In this document: piece after piece, positions 21,749 to 30,626 of the stretch
Position numbering within the stretch: position 1 is the first letter of the stretch
Layout: each line of letters starts with the position of its first letter
DNA from: an uncultured Bacilli bacterium
Lineage (GTDB): Bacteria > Bacillota_I > Bacilli_A > RF39 > UBA660
Assembly (NCBI GenBank): GCA_947624085.1
Contig: CANQIK010000001.1
Span: 1,781 to 65,780, forward strand
Direction of reading: 5' to 3'
Length of the DNA stretch: 64,000 bases
Notes under the pieces: model-generated
Databases searched by the model: none
What the model was told of the DNA's origin: nothing
The model's input: only the letters and a program-made list of their open reading frames with translations
Translations under genes and position numbers: made by a program

Positions 21749-22771
21749 ATGGCTATAGTTTCTATGAATTATTTATTAGAAGCTGGAGTTCATTTTGGCC
21801 ATCAAACTAAAAGATGGAATCCCAAGATGAAAGAGTATATTTTTAACTCAAGAGATGATATTTATATTATCGACCTTGAAAAAACTCAAGCTTTACTTGA
21901 GGAAGCTTACACAGCAATCAAAGCTATTGCTGAAAATGGAGGCAAATTCTTATTTGTAGGTACTAAAAAACAATCTGGTGAGGTATGTGTTGAGGAAGCT
22001 TTAAGAAGCAACTCATACTATGTAACTGAAAGATGGCTTGGTGGTATTCTTACTAACTTTAGAACAATAAGAAGAAGAGTAAAGAGATTAGAAGAAATTG
22101 AAGAAATGGAAGCAAGTGGTACTTTTGAAGTTCTTCCTAAAAAAGAAGTAATCGGTATTAAGAAAGAATATGAAAAATTAAATCGTTTACTTTGTGGTAT
22201 TAGAGAAATGACTAAATTACCTCAAGCTTTAATTATAGTTGATCCTAAAAAAGAATATAATGCTATTAAAGAAGCTAGAAAATTAAAAATACCAGTATTT
22301 GGTGTTGTTGATACTAATGGCGATCCTGATGATGTTGATTATGTAATCCCAGGTAACGATGATGCTGTTAGAAGTATTAAAGTTTTACTTGGCGTACTTA
22401 CTAATGCCATTTGTGAAGCTAACGGCCTAGAAATGGTTGATTATGTATCTGAAGATGACAAGAATAAAGGTAAAGAATCAATGGCTGACTTAATGAAAGA
22501 AGAAAATGTTGATAAAAAAGCATTAAAAGCCGAAAAAGAAAATGATGTTTATACCATTGAAGATGTAGTACCTGAAGAGAAAAAAGAAACTGAAAATATT
22601 AAAGAAAAGAAGAGTACTAAAGATACTAAGAAAGTAAAAGAAGAAAAAAAGACCGAAAAAGTTGACTATGAAACAATGACTTTAGCCAATCTTAAAACAT
22701 TAGCTAAAGAGAAGGGAATTAAGGGCTATTCTTCAATGAAAAAAGAAGATTTAATTAAGGCTCTAAAATAG
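21749..22771 (+). CDS. rpsB: 30S ribosomal protein S2 with a long K/E-rich C-terminal extension
   Basis: [19 protein letters not shown] is the canonical S2 motif. The protein is 340 aa because of an extra tail of about 100 aa ending in [30 protein letters not shown]. Confidence 0.95.
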   Translation: MAIVSMNYLLEAGVHFGHQTKRWNPKMKEYIFNSRDDIYIIDLEKTQALLEEAYTAIKAIAENGGKFLFVGTKKQSGEVCVEEALRSNSYYVTERWLGGILTNFRTIRRRVKRLEEIEEMEASGTFEVLPKKEVIGIKKEYEKLNRLLCGIREMTKLPQALIIVDPKKEYNAIKEARKLKIPVFGVVDTNGDPDDVDYVIPGNDDAVRSIKVLLGVLTNAICEANGLEMVDYVSEDDKNKGKESMADLMKEENVDKKALKAEKENDVYTIEDVVPEEKKETENIKEKKSTKDTKKVKEEKKTEKVDYETMTLANLKTLAKEKGIKGYSSMKKEDLIKALK

Positions 22772-22778
22772 GTGTGAT

Positions 22779-23657
22779 ATGGAAATAACCGCGAGTTTAG
22801 TAAAAGAACTTAGAGAAGTAACTGGTGCTGGTATGATGGATTGCAAAAAGGCACTAAGTGAAACAAATGGTAATATGGATGAAGCTATTAATTGGTTAAG
22901 AGAAAAAGGTATAGCTAAATCTGCTAAAAAAGAAAGCCGTATTGCGGCTGAAGGTCTTGCTAATATTTATATTGATGGCAATAAGGCCGTTATCATTGAA
23001 GTTAATAGTGAAACAGACTTTGTAAGTAAAAATGAAGAGTTTGTTAATATGATTGATACAATCGGTAATGCGATTTTAAAATCTGATGCTACTACTATGG
23101 AAGAAGCTAATGCTCTTGCTACCGATGACGGTACAATAGCTGATTTGATTATAGCTAAGACTGCTAAAATTGGCGAAAAATTATCTTTTAGAAGATTTGT
23201 TAAAGTTGAAAAAAAGGATAATGAAAGCTTTGGGGCATATATTCACATGGGTGGTAAAATTGCAACTTTAACAGTTGTTGCCGATGCCTCTGAAGACGTA
23301 GCAAAAGAAGTTGCCATGCAAGCGGCTGCTATGCGACCACTTTATACTTTTATTGATGAAGTACCTGCTGATGTTTTAGACGCTGAAAAAGATGTTCAAA
23401 GAGAATTAGCTATTAACGAAGGAAAGCCTGCGGATATTGCTGAAAAAATGGTTGAAGGACGTATCAAAAAATACTATAAAGAAATATGTTTAAATGAACA
23501 ACCATATATTAAAGATGGCGATATTTCTGTAGGAACTTATGTTAAAAATAATGGTGGTTCTATTGTTAGCATGATAAGATACGAAGTAGGCGAAGGTATG
23601 GAAAAAAGAAATGAAAACTTTGCTGAAGAAGTAATGAACCAAGTAAATGGTAATTAA
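22779..23657 (+). CDS. tsf: Elongation factor Ts
   Basis: ITASLVKELREVTGAGMMDCKKAL is the UBA-like N-terminus. It follows rpsB. Confidence 0.95.
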   Translation: MEITASLVKELREVTGAGMMDCKKALSETNGNMDEAINWLREKGIAKSAKKESRIAAEGLANIYIDGNKAVIIEVNSETDFVSKNEEFVNMIDTIGNAILKSDATTMEEANALATDDGTIADLIIAKTAKIGEKLSFRRFVKVEKKDNESFGAYIHMGGKIATLTVVADASEDVAKEVAMQAAAMRPLYTFIDEVPADVLDAEKDVQRELAINEGKPADIAEKMVEGRIKKYYKEICLNEQPYIKDGDISVGTYVKNNGGSIVSMIRYEVGEGMEKRNENFAEEVMNQVNGN

Positions 23658-23668
23658 TAAAATATGTA

Positions 23669-23694
23669 CCCGCCTATAAGGCGGGTTTTTATTT
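23669..23694 (+). terminator. Intrinsic terminator after tsf
   Basis: CCCGCC-TATAA-GGCGGG followed by TTTTTATTT. Confidence 0.8.
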
Positions 23695-23746
23695 GACTAT
23701 CATAGATAATTATGCTAAAGTAAAGTAGCTAGTTAGGGGGATAACA

Positions 23747-25357
23747 ATGCAATTGTATATGACTGATAAAGCTATTGAATTTAAGTCTGAATATGAGAAA
23801 CTTGAAAGAGTTTTTGATGCTTTAAAGGACGCTCATATTGATGCTTCTACCGAAAGAAAACAAGCAGCAGAATTAAAGACTAAAATTGAATATAATGTTT
23901 TAAATATGATTGATCCTATTGAAATAGAAAGCACATATGCTGAAGGAGTAAAAGGCTTAGCTAAAATTAATGAAAGCTTAAAAAAATATGAAGTTTATTA
24001 TATTGCTTATAATTCCGCATGCTATGTTGAAAGACAAATGGGCGGTAAAGAAGTTAATGATGTTGAACTTAAAACTTATGCTAAAGTTACAATTGGTCTT
24101 TTAAAACAAATAAATAGTTCCAATACTATGTCATTGCAAAGTGAAGAACAAATTGTTAACAAATTATACGATCTTGCTTACAACATTATTAAAGTTGAAT
24201 TATTAACCCTTGGCAAAAGTGAAGTTTTAGATTGGGCTAAGACAGATAGAATAGCAGGAAATCTTATAGAAACCCGTATTTTTAAAGATATAGCAAGCGT
24301 ACCGCAAGATTCAACATTATATTCCGAAATTAGGAACATACTTGCAAGTATCAATGCTCAAAATACGGACAATGCTAATGCTATATCCTCTGGTATTAAA
24401 TATACAGCATTAGATGAGGGACTTATTTTATTTTTAAGTCTTCAAGATAGTCAAAATATTGAAAAGATTGAAGCTTCTCTTTATAAAATGATAAATGAAT
24501 TATTGCAATCCGAAAAAGATATGCAAAAACAAAAAACTGATAATAATGAACATGAACTTGGCATTGAAGAATCCAAAGAAAGAAGCAAAGAAATTAAAAT
24601 ACGTAAAAATATAATAGGGATTATTGTAATGCTTTCTAGTTATGTAGCTAGTTTCTTTATGTTGAAACAGGTTGCTAAAGACATTGGAAATGACGAGTAC
24701 AAAACGAAAGTAGAATATTATTCCTCACAGGAGATGGCTATGCCTGAATATCCTGAATATATGGAAAAAATTAAAAATGGTTCCCAAACAACTCTTAAAG
24801 CTTATGATACTTGGCATAGGGAAAATATTTTTTACGGCGACTATGAAAGACAAGTAGTAGTTTTTAATTTGGATGATTTAAACCTAACAAACTTAGAAGA
24901 TTATGCTTCAATAGATTTTAGTAAATTAGAGCCTGAGTCTGGAGAAACCGAAACAGCTTCTGAACTTGATCCAAGCATGATATATGATGAAGCTATCGTA
25001 GAAATAACAAGACTTATTCAAGATCCTAATGATACTGTTTTCGTACCAAATGAAGAAAGTCAAAAAGCATTTATAACTATATGTTCAATTATAAATAGTG
25101 TTGTGGCTGGCGTTTTTGTGACATCAAGCATCATTACTCTAATTCAAAAGATTAAACAAAAACTTACAGAGGGCTCTTTAAGGAAATCAGAACTGATTTC
25201 CTTGGCAGATGGTTTAATAAGATATAAGCAATTATGTGCCGAAAATGAAGAGTTTAAAAGTCGTTTTATAAAAGCTTATGAAAAATATGCTCGGATTATT
25301 AAAGATGAAGATTTAAAAAAAGAATGTGAAAGAATCCTTAAAAAAATAGAAGCTTAA
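23747..25357 (+). CDS. Hypothetical two-TM membrane protein (536 aa)
   Basis: Helical cytoplasmic N-terminal half, TM segments IIGIIVMLSSYVASFFML and AFITICSIINSVVAGVFVTSSIITLI. RBS GGGGGA. No known motif. Confidence 0.6.
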   Translation: MQLYMTDKAIEFKSEYEKLERVFDALKDAHIDASTERKQAAELKTKIEYNVLNMIDPIEIESTYAEGVKGLAKINESLKKYEVYYIAYNSACYVERQMGGKEVNDVELKTYAKVTIGLLKQINSSNTMSLQSEEQIVNKLYDLAYNIIKVELLTLGKSEVLDWAKTDRIAGNLIETRIFKDIASVPQDSTLYSEIRNILASINAQNTDNANAISSGIKYTALDEGLILFLSLQDSQNIEKIEASLYKMINELLQSEKDMQKQKTDNNEHELGIEESKERSKEIKIRKNIIGIIVMLSSYVASFFMLKQVAKDIGNDEYKTKVEYYSSQEMAMPEYPEYMEKIKNGSQTTLKAYDTWHRENIFYGDYERQVVVFNLDDLNLTNLEDYASIDFSKLEPESGETETASELDPSMIYDEAIVEITRLIQDPNDTVFVPNEESQKAFITICSIINSVVAGVFVTSSIITLIQKIKQKLTEGSLRKSELISLADGLIRYKQLCAENEEFKSRFIKAYEKYARIIKDEDLKKECERILKKIEA

Positions 25358-25368
25358 GTAGTTTACAT

Positions 25369-25391
25369 AACCCTTTACAAAGGGTTTTTTT
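25369..25391 (+). terminator. Intrinsic terminator
   Basis: AACCCTT-TACA-AAGGGTT followed by a T run. Confidence 0.7.
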
Positions 25392-25417
25392 ATATCGTAA
25401 AATATGCTAAAATTAAG

Positions 25418-26053
25418 ATGGTGAAAATAATGAAAAAGAATGAAGCACACCCTTTAACAATCCATTTTTTTAAAAATAAAAAACAAATGATTTTGTATAT
25501 CTTTTTATTTATAATTTTACTTTGTGGGTTTATTTATTTTGGTAGTAAAGAATATCCGGTTAATAATACAGATAATGAAAAGTTTACTAGTGAACACACG
25601 GGAGCTAATCAAGATAATGTTTTTAAATACATTAATGTTAAAGAAGCTTATAATTTAATAAGAAGTGATGATTGTATATTATTTTTAGGTATCCCTAATA
25701 ATGAAAATGTTACCTATTATGCTAATGTTTTAGATGATGTAGCAAAAGATATGGGTATAAATAATATTAATTATTATGATATAGCAGATGATCGGAAAAA
25801 TCGTAATGCTACGTATGAAAGCATTGTTAATTATTTTGCAAGTTATATAACTTATACTGATAGCGATATGATTGATTTACATGCTCCCACTTTGATAATA
25901 AAAAAGGGGGGAGAAGTAATTTTCTTTGATGATGAGGAAGCTTTTAGAAAAGGAAATATTTCTAATCAAGATTATTGGGCTACTAATACGGCAGATAAGA
26001 AATTTTTGATTAATAATGCTTTAAATGTTTATTTAGAAAAGGAGAATGAATAA
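25418..26053 (+). CDS. Membrane-anchored thioredoxin-fold-like protein lacking the CxxC motif
   Basis: N-terminal TM segment. ILFLGIPNNENVTYYANVL...HAPTLIIKKGGEVIFF aligns by eye with the CxxC protein at 27337-27876 (YVVLMGRENCDVCARLI...MAPTVIIIKNGKQTGGF). Confidence 0.5.
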   Translation: MVKIMKKNEAHPLTIHFFKNKKQMILYIFLFIILLCGFIYFGSKEYPVNNTDNEKFTSEHTGANQDNVFKYINVKEAYNLIRSDDCILFLGIPNNENVTYYANVLDDVAKDMGINNINYYDIADDRKNRNATYESIVNYFASYITYTDSDMIDLHAPTLIIKKGGEVIFFDDEEAFRKGNISNQDYWATNTADKKFLINNALNVYLEKENE

Positions 26054-26799
26054 TGGAAGAACATAACGGTTTTAAATTTGGTTTATTTGTTTTTATTGTC
26101 TTAGTTATCATAGTCGGAGGCTTTGTCTTAATGCAAAAAAGTACTCATTTTGGGGAAAAAGATAATACAGAAAAAGTAACTGAAGAAGAGCCAGAAAGAA
26201 AAGATATTAGAATTGACAAAGACCGAGATTATATTTATTTTACTGATTATGAAGTATATGAAGAAAAACTTGATATTGATTTTGAAAAAGTAAATATTAA
26301 TTTTAAAGATAGTAGCAATATTGCTAAAACATTAAATGATGAAAATGATTCTTTTAAAGCGAATATTAAAAAAGAAAATGATGAAGAAGATGCTCCTTAT
26401 GATAAACTAAGTTATGCTGATTATTCTAAATATGAATTATATACATATAAAGATTATATAACTTTATTAGTTAAATATTATAACTATACAACAGAAGATT
26501 TTATTTCATTTAAACACTCTAAAGCATATGTTTTTGACTTAAATGATGGTTCGTTAGTTACTAATGATGAACTTATGAAAGCCTATAATATTGATGAGGA
26601 GACAATAACAAGTAAAATTACAGAATTTGTTAAAGGTCAAGACTTAATTAAAGAGGGAGAAGAACTTGATCCTGAGGCTACAGTTAAAGCTAATAAAGAT
26701 AATCTGGTTTTATATGTTGATAAACTAGGGAAGCTTAATGCGTCAATTCTTGTCAAAAGTGATAAAAAAGATTATAATGATAGTGTAATATTGAGTTAA
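26053..26799 (+). CDS. Membrane-anchored extracytoplasmic protein, unknown function
   Basis: TAATG overlap with the upstream gene, an N-terminal TM segment (FGLFVFIVLVIIVGGFVLM), and an acidic ectodomain. Confidence 0.5.
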   Translation: MEEHNGFKFGLFVFIVLVIIVGGFVLMQKSTHFGEKDNTEKVTEEEPERKDIRIDKDRDYIYFTDYEVYEEKLDIDFEKVNINFKDSSNIAKTLNDENDSFKANIKKENDEEDAPYDKLSYADYSKYELYTYKDYITLLVKYYNYTTEDFISFKHSKAYVFDLNDGSLVTNDELMKAYNIDEETITSKITEFVKGQDLIKEGEELDPEATVKANKDNLVLYVDKLGKLNASILVKSDKKDYNDSVILS

Positions 26800-26807
26800 G
26801 GAGAATA

Positions 26808-27335
26808 ATGAACACAGAAACAAAAATGAGTAAGACACTAGAAAGTGTCAAAGAAAGATTAACAACAATAAGAGCAGGAAGAGCTAATCCTGCAATGCTT
26901 AATGGTATAATGGTAAGTTATTATGGCACGCCAACCCCTATCCAAGGGTTAGCTAATATAACCGTTCCTGAAGCTAGACAACTACTTATTAAGCCTTTTG
27001 ATAAATCTTGTATCAAAGATATAGAAAAAGCCATAATTGAGGCTAATTTGGGGGTAAATCCTACTAACAATGGCGAAATGGTTATTATAACTATTCCTGA
27101 ATTAACTGAAGATAGAAGAAGAGAATATGTTAAATTAGCTAAAAATATTGGTGAAGAAGGAAAAGTTGCTCTTCGTAATATTAGACAAGAAGATAAAGAT
27201 GAAATATTAAGTGCTAAATATCCTGAAGATGAAGAAAAATTAATGCTTGAGGATTTACAAGAAACTATTAATAAATATGCAAAATTAATTGATGATGAAA
27301 TTAAATTAAAAGAAGAAGAATTAATGAAGGTATAA
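26808..27335 (+). CDS. frr: Ribosome recycling factor
   Basis: RAGRANPAMLNGIMVSYYGTPTPI and the C-terminal coiled-coil motifs. Confidence 0.95.
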   Translation: MNTETKMSKTLESVKERLTTIRAGRANPAMLNGIMVSYYGTPTPIQGLANITVPEARQLLIKPFDKSCIKDIEKAIIEANLGVNPTNNGEMVIITIPELTEDRRREYVKLAKNIGEEGKVALRNIRQEDKDEILSAKYPEDEEKLMLEDLQETINKYAKLIDDEIKLKEEELMKV

Positions 27336-27336
27336 T

Positions 27337-27876
27337 ATGGATAAATTTACTAAAGTAGTTTTATCTATTTTAGGTTTGTTAGTGGCAACTACTATAGCCG
27401 TAGTAATTATTGTTAATCTTACAAAAAAAGACGATGATTATGATGTATCAATGATGCATGAAGTTACAGCTGAAGATGTTTTAAAAATGTTTGAAGATGG
27501 TGGTACATATGTCGTCCTTATGGGTAGAGAAAACTGTGATGTATGTGCAAGACTAATACCTAAAATGGCAGAAGCTCAAAAACAATTAAATTACATAACC
27601 CAATATGTTGATTTATTATCTATTGATTTTGATTCTGAAACTTGGCAAGCTTTATCTAGTAAGTTAGATATGCAATCAACGCAAGCTATATCTGAAAATC
27701 AAACAGGTAAGAAAGAAACTAATACATATGGCTATTTTGTTGAAACCTATCTAATGGCTCCTACCGTCATTATAATTAAAAACGGCAAACAAACGGGAGG
27801 TTTTATCGGAGGCGTTGATGCCACGAATTTAATAGGCTGGTTACAAGTTAAAATATCTAATGATTTAGAAGATTAG
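27337..27876 (+). CDS. Membrane-anchored thioredoxin-like protein (CxxC)
   Basis: N-terminal TM segment, active-site-like CDVC, and the cis-Pro region MAPTVIII. It starts 1 nt after the frr stop. Confidence 0.65.
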   Translation: MDKFTKVVLSILGLLVATTIAVVIIVNLTKKDDDYDVSMMHEVTAEDVLKMFEDGGTYVVLMGRENCDVCARLIPKMAEAQKQLNYITQYVDLLSIDFDSETWQALSSKLDMQSTQAISENQTGKKETNTYGYFVETYLMAPTVIIIKNGKQTGGFIGGVDATNLIGWLQVKISNDLED

Positions 27877-27949
27877 TATCAAGTATTAACTTGATATTAA
27901 CTTGATATTTTTTTATTTATGATATATATTGTTAATAAGGGTGATAGCT

Positions 27950-28690
27950 ATGAAAAAATTCATACTTATCTTAATGACACTTTTTTTAATATCGGGGTGT
28001 GGTTTTAGCAAAGACACTAAAGAAGAGTCTTATACATTAAGTGCTGAACAAGAAATAAAAGTTAATAATATTGTTGATTTATTAGAGCTTCAATATGATG
28101 ATTTTAATTTTAATAGTCTAACAGATCAAAATAAAATTCAGTTATTATATAATATTGCTAGAAGATTAAATATTAATGAAAGTGGCTATGACATAATCAC
28201 TACTGATGAAGGATATTTAAATAAAAAGAATTTTGAAATGATTGCGAGAGAATATTTTGGCGAAGATGCTTCTTTCAAATTAGTAGATATTGATTGTTCA
28301 ATATGTGGTAAAACGGATTATTACTATGATGAAAATGAAGAAGTATATCATTTTAATGAAGATCATTTAGGTCATGGTTATAGTGCTCCTATTGTAGAGA
28401 AAAAACTAGAAGAAGTAGTTAAAAAGGATGATATAGTTAGTGTAAAATATAAAGTATTATTTTCTAACTATTATGACATTGGAACTCCATCCGATTTCTT
28501 TAAATCGCTATATGATTCTTTAGATTATAAAAATGCCGTAGCAAGTTTTGAAGATTACTGCTGGGGTGATGATGTAAGCTTTGATTGTGATTATAATAAA
28601 ATGTTCGCGGAAATAGACTTTAATACATATAGTTATAATTTTAAACTTGATGGGGATAATTTCTATTTTGTTAACTATACTATAGAATGA
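27950..28690 (+). CDS. Lipoprotein, unknown function
   Basis: MKKFILILMTLFLISGCG lipobox. ATG 27950 follows AAGGGTGA. The track start at 27929 is probably too early. Confidence 0.7.
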   Translation: MKKFILILMTLFLISGCGFSKDTKEESYTLSAEQEIKVNNIVDLLELQYDDFNFNSLTDQNKIQLLYNIARRLNINESGYDIITTDEGYLNKKNFEMIAREYFGEDASFKLVDIDCSICGKTDYYYDENEEVYHFNEDHLGHGYSAPIVEKKLEEVVKKDDIVSVKYKVLFSNYYDIGTPSDFFKSLYDSLDYKNAVASFEDYCWGDDVSFDCDYNKMFAEIDFNTYSYNFKLDGDNFYFVNYTIE

Positions 28691-28697
28691 GGGTAAT

Positions 28698-28844
28698 ATG
28701 AAAAAAATATTGGAATATAAAAATTTAATAATGTCAATAATCGTACTTCTTTTATTTGCGGCTTGTTTTATGCCTACTAATGAAACAACAGAAGAAGTTA
28801 AGAACACTTCAAGCTATAGTGAAACTATAGAAACTACCGAGTAG
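28698..28844 (+). CDS. Possible small lipoprotein (48 aa), below the ORF-track cutoff
   Basis: MKKILEYKNLIMSIIVLLLFAAC-FMPTNETTEE...; GAGGGTAAT precedes the ATG, and LFAAC is a lipobox-like motif. Confidence 0.35.
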   Translation: MKKILEYKNLIMSIIVLLLFAACFMPTNETTEEVKNTSSYSETIETTE

Positions 28845-28872
28845 TTATTAAATACTTCACGTCAATTGACAC

Positions 28873-28913
28873 ACAAGATTAGGAATAATCTTGTTTTTTT
28901 TTTTTTTTTTTTT
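28873..28913 (+). terminator. Hairpin plus 20-nt T tract (terminator-like)
   Basis: ACAAGATT (28873-28880) pairs with AATCTTGT (28887-28894), followed by an uninterrupted T run at 28894-28913. Confidence 0.5.
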
Positions 28914-28967
28914 GAGACAATGATAAAAATAAAGGGTATAAAAAGTGTCAATTTACATGGAGGAAAG

Positions 28968-30224
28968 ATGAAAAAGAAAGTAGGAATAATAAGTGCATTA
29001 TTGGTAATAGTTTTAGTAGTAATTTTGGCAATATTATTAACAAATAAAAAGGAAAAGAAATCATTATATAATGCAACAAATGATAATGATATAGCATATT
29101 ATTATCAAAATGGTAGTAGTTATACACAAGGGACATCAAGCACTTGGACAACAGGTTATGTATTAAATGTAGGTAAAAGTAGTTGTAATGGAACTACTAA
29201 CCCCAAGGATATATTAGACTGGGACTCAGTAAATAAAACGGTATTAATGTCAGCAAATGAAAATAATAATTGTAAATTATATTTTGATAAAGCATATACA
29301 GCAACAGAGTTTTTTACAACGTTTGCTAAAAATGTAAGTAATGGTGAATTAATACAACATACACCATCTTTATCAAATAGTGCTGGAGATAATGGTTATA
29401 GATATTCAGGAAATAATCCAAATAATTTTATATGCTTTGGACCAGGAAGCAGTGATTATAATAATGGAATAGATGGTGCAAAGTGTGACGATGGTAACTT
29501 ATATCGGATAATAGGGTATGTGCCAGTAACTTTAGCAAATGGTACAAATACAAATTTAATCAAAGTAATCAAATCAGAATATGCTACATCAAATGATTTA
29601 GGAATATCATCAAATGGTACACCATCAACTAGCTCACCATATACAGGATTAAAAAGGGTAAAAAAATTACCCGAAAATGGTTTTTGTTGGGACAATAATA
29701 AAAACAATATATGGGGCAGTAGTACATTATATCAAGCATTAAATACAAATAGTAATAGCTTTTTAAACAAACTAGGAAACTGGGCAAATAAAATAGAAGA
29801 AGTTCAATGGAATGTTGCTGGACATAATAGTCATAGTATAACGGCAAAAGCAATGTATGATATAGAAAATGATAAAAATAAAGGAGCGTCAACACAAGTC
29901 CCAGCAAAAATAGGCTTAATGTATCCCTCAGATTATGGCTTTGCAAGTAGTAAAGATAATTGGACATTGAATTTAGAAAATTATGGTAATGCTAATAATC
30001 GAGAAAACAATTGGCTATTTAATGCCGTTTATGAATGGACTGTTTCGCGCTATTCGAACTACACTGACTATGCGTTCTATGTCTACGACTATGGGTTTGT
30101 GGGCCACAACAACGTTGACGACGCGTCTGGTGTGCGCCCGGTCTTTTATCTAAACTCTAGTGTAACCTTAAGTGGTGACAATAGTATAAATGGTAGTGAT
30201 AATCATCCATATAGAGTAAATTAA
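28968..30224 (+). CDS. N-terminally anchored surface protein, unknown function
   Basis: ATG 28968 follows GGAGGAAAG. Signal anchor MKKKVGIISALLVIVLVVILAILL, an Asn/Ser/Thr/Gly-rich ectodomain, and a C-terminal GVRPVFYLNSSV motif seen in uncharacterised Bacillota surface domains. Confidence 0.7.
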   Translation: MKKKVGIISALLVIVLVVILAILLTNKKEKKSLYNATNDNDIAYYYQNGSSYTQGTSSTWTTGYVLNVGKSSCNGTTNPKDILDWDSVNKTVLMSANENNNCKLYFDKAYTATEFFTTFAKNVSNGELIQHTPSLSNSAGDNGYRYSGNNPNNFICFGPGSSDYNNGIDGAKCDDGNLYRIIGYVPVTLANGTNTNLIKVIKSEYATSNDLGISSNGTPSTSSPYTGLKRVKKLPENGFCWDNNKNNIWGSSTLYQALNTNSNSFLNKLGNWANKIEEVQWNVAGHNSHSITAKAMYDIENDKNKGASTQVPAKIGLMYPSDYGFASSKDNWTLNLENYGNANNRENNWLFNAVYEWTVSRYSNYTDYAFYVYDYGFVGHNNVDDASGVRPVFYLNSSVTLSGDNSINGSDNHPYRVN

Positions 30225-30231
30225 TAACTTA

Positions 30232-30259
30232 AAAGCAGGTAAATTGTTATCTGCTTTTT
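30232..30259 (+). terminator. Intrinsic terminator
   Basis: AAAGCAG ... CTGCTTT followed by TTTG. Confidence 0.55.
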
Positions 30260-30306
30260 GAATTTATTAATAAATGTGAGATAATATAGAGACAAAGGAA
30301 AAAGAT

Positions 30307-30618
30307 ATGGAAGAAAAAAGATTTAAAATGATTGATGAAAAATTTATTTGTGAAGTATGTGGCAAACAAGTTTCTCCGTTAGGTTACACGGCTCGTGACC
30401 ATTGTCCATATTGTTTATGTAGCAAACATGTTGATATTAATCCCGGCGATAGGGCGTGTCCTTGTCAAGGCATCTTAAAACCTATTGGAATTGACAAATA
30501 TAAAGATACCTATAAAATAGTTTATAAATGTGCCAAATGTGGACAAATTAAAAGAAATATCATGGCTATAGATGATGACTATGATCAAATTATTCAAATA
30601 AGTAAAAATGGTATTTAA
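30307..30618 (+). CDS. RNHCP-domain zinc-ribbon protein
   Basis: CEVCGK...ARDHCPYCLCSKHVD...CAKCG matches the RNHCP motif arrangement. Confidence 0.65.
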   Translation: MEEKRFKMIDEKFICEVCGKQVSPLGYTARDHCPYCLCSKHVDINPGDRACPCQGILKPIGIDKYKDTYKIVYKCAKCGQIKRNIMAIDDDYDQIIQISKNGI

Positions 30619-30626
30619 TAAAATTT

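Noticed and set aside
27877-27915. The direct repeat ATTAACTTGATATT/AACTTGATATT after the thioredoxin-like gene, considered as a small tandem repeat or binding site.
   Set aside because: It is most simply explained as an intrinsic terminator with alternative 3' arms (TATCAAGT pairing with either ACTTGATA copy) followed by a T run.
28866-28967. N-terminal extension of the surface-protein ORF through the T20 tract (track start 28866, encoding …VFFFFFFE…), which would place a slippery homopolymer inside the coding sequence.
   Set aside because: The extension has no RBS and starts with TTG inside a hairpin. A strong GGAGGAAAG lies just before ATG 28968, which begins a canonical signal anchor (MKKKVGIISALLVIVL…). 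The T tract is therefore upstream and non-coding.
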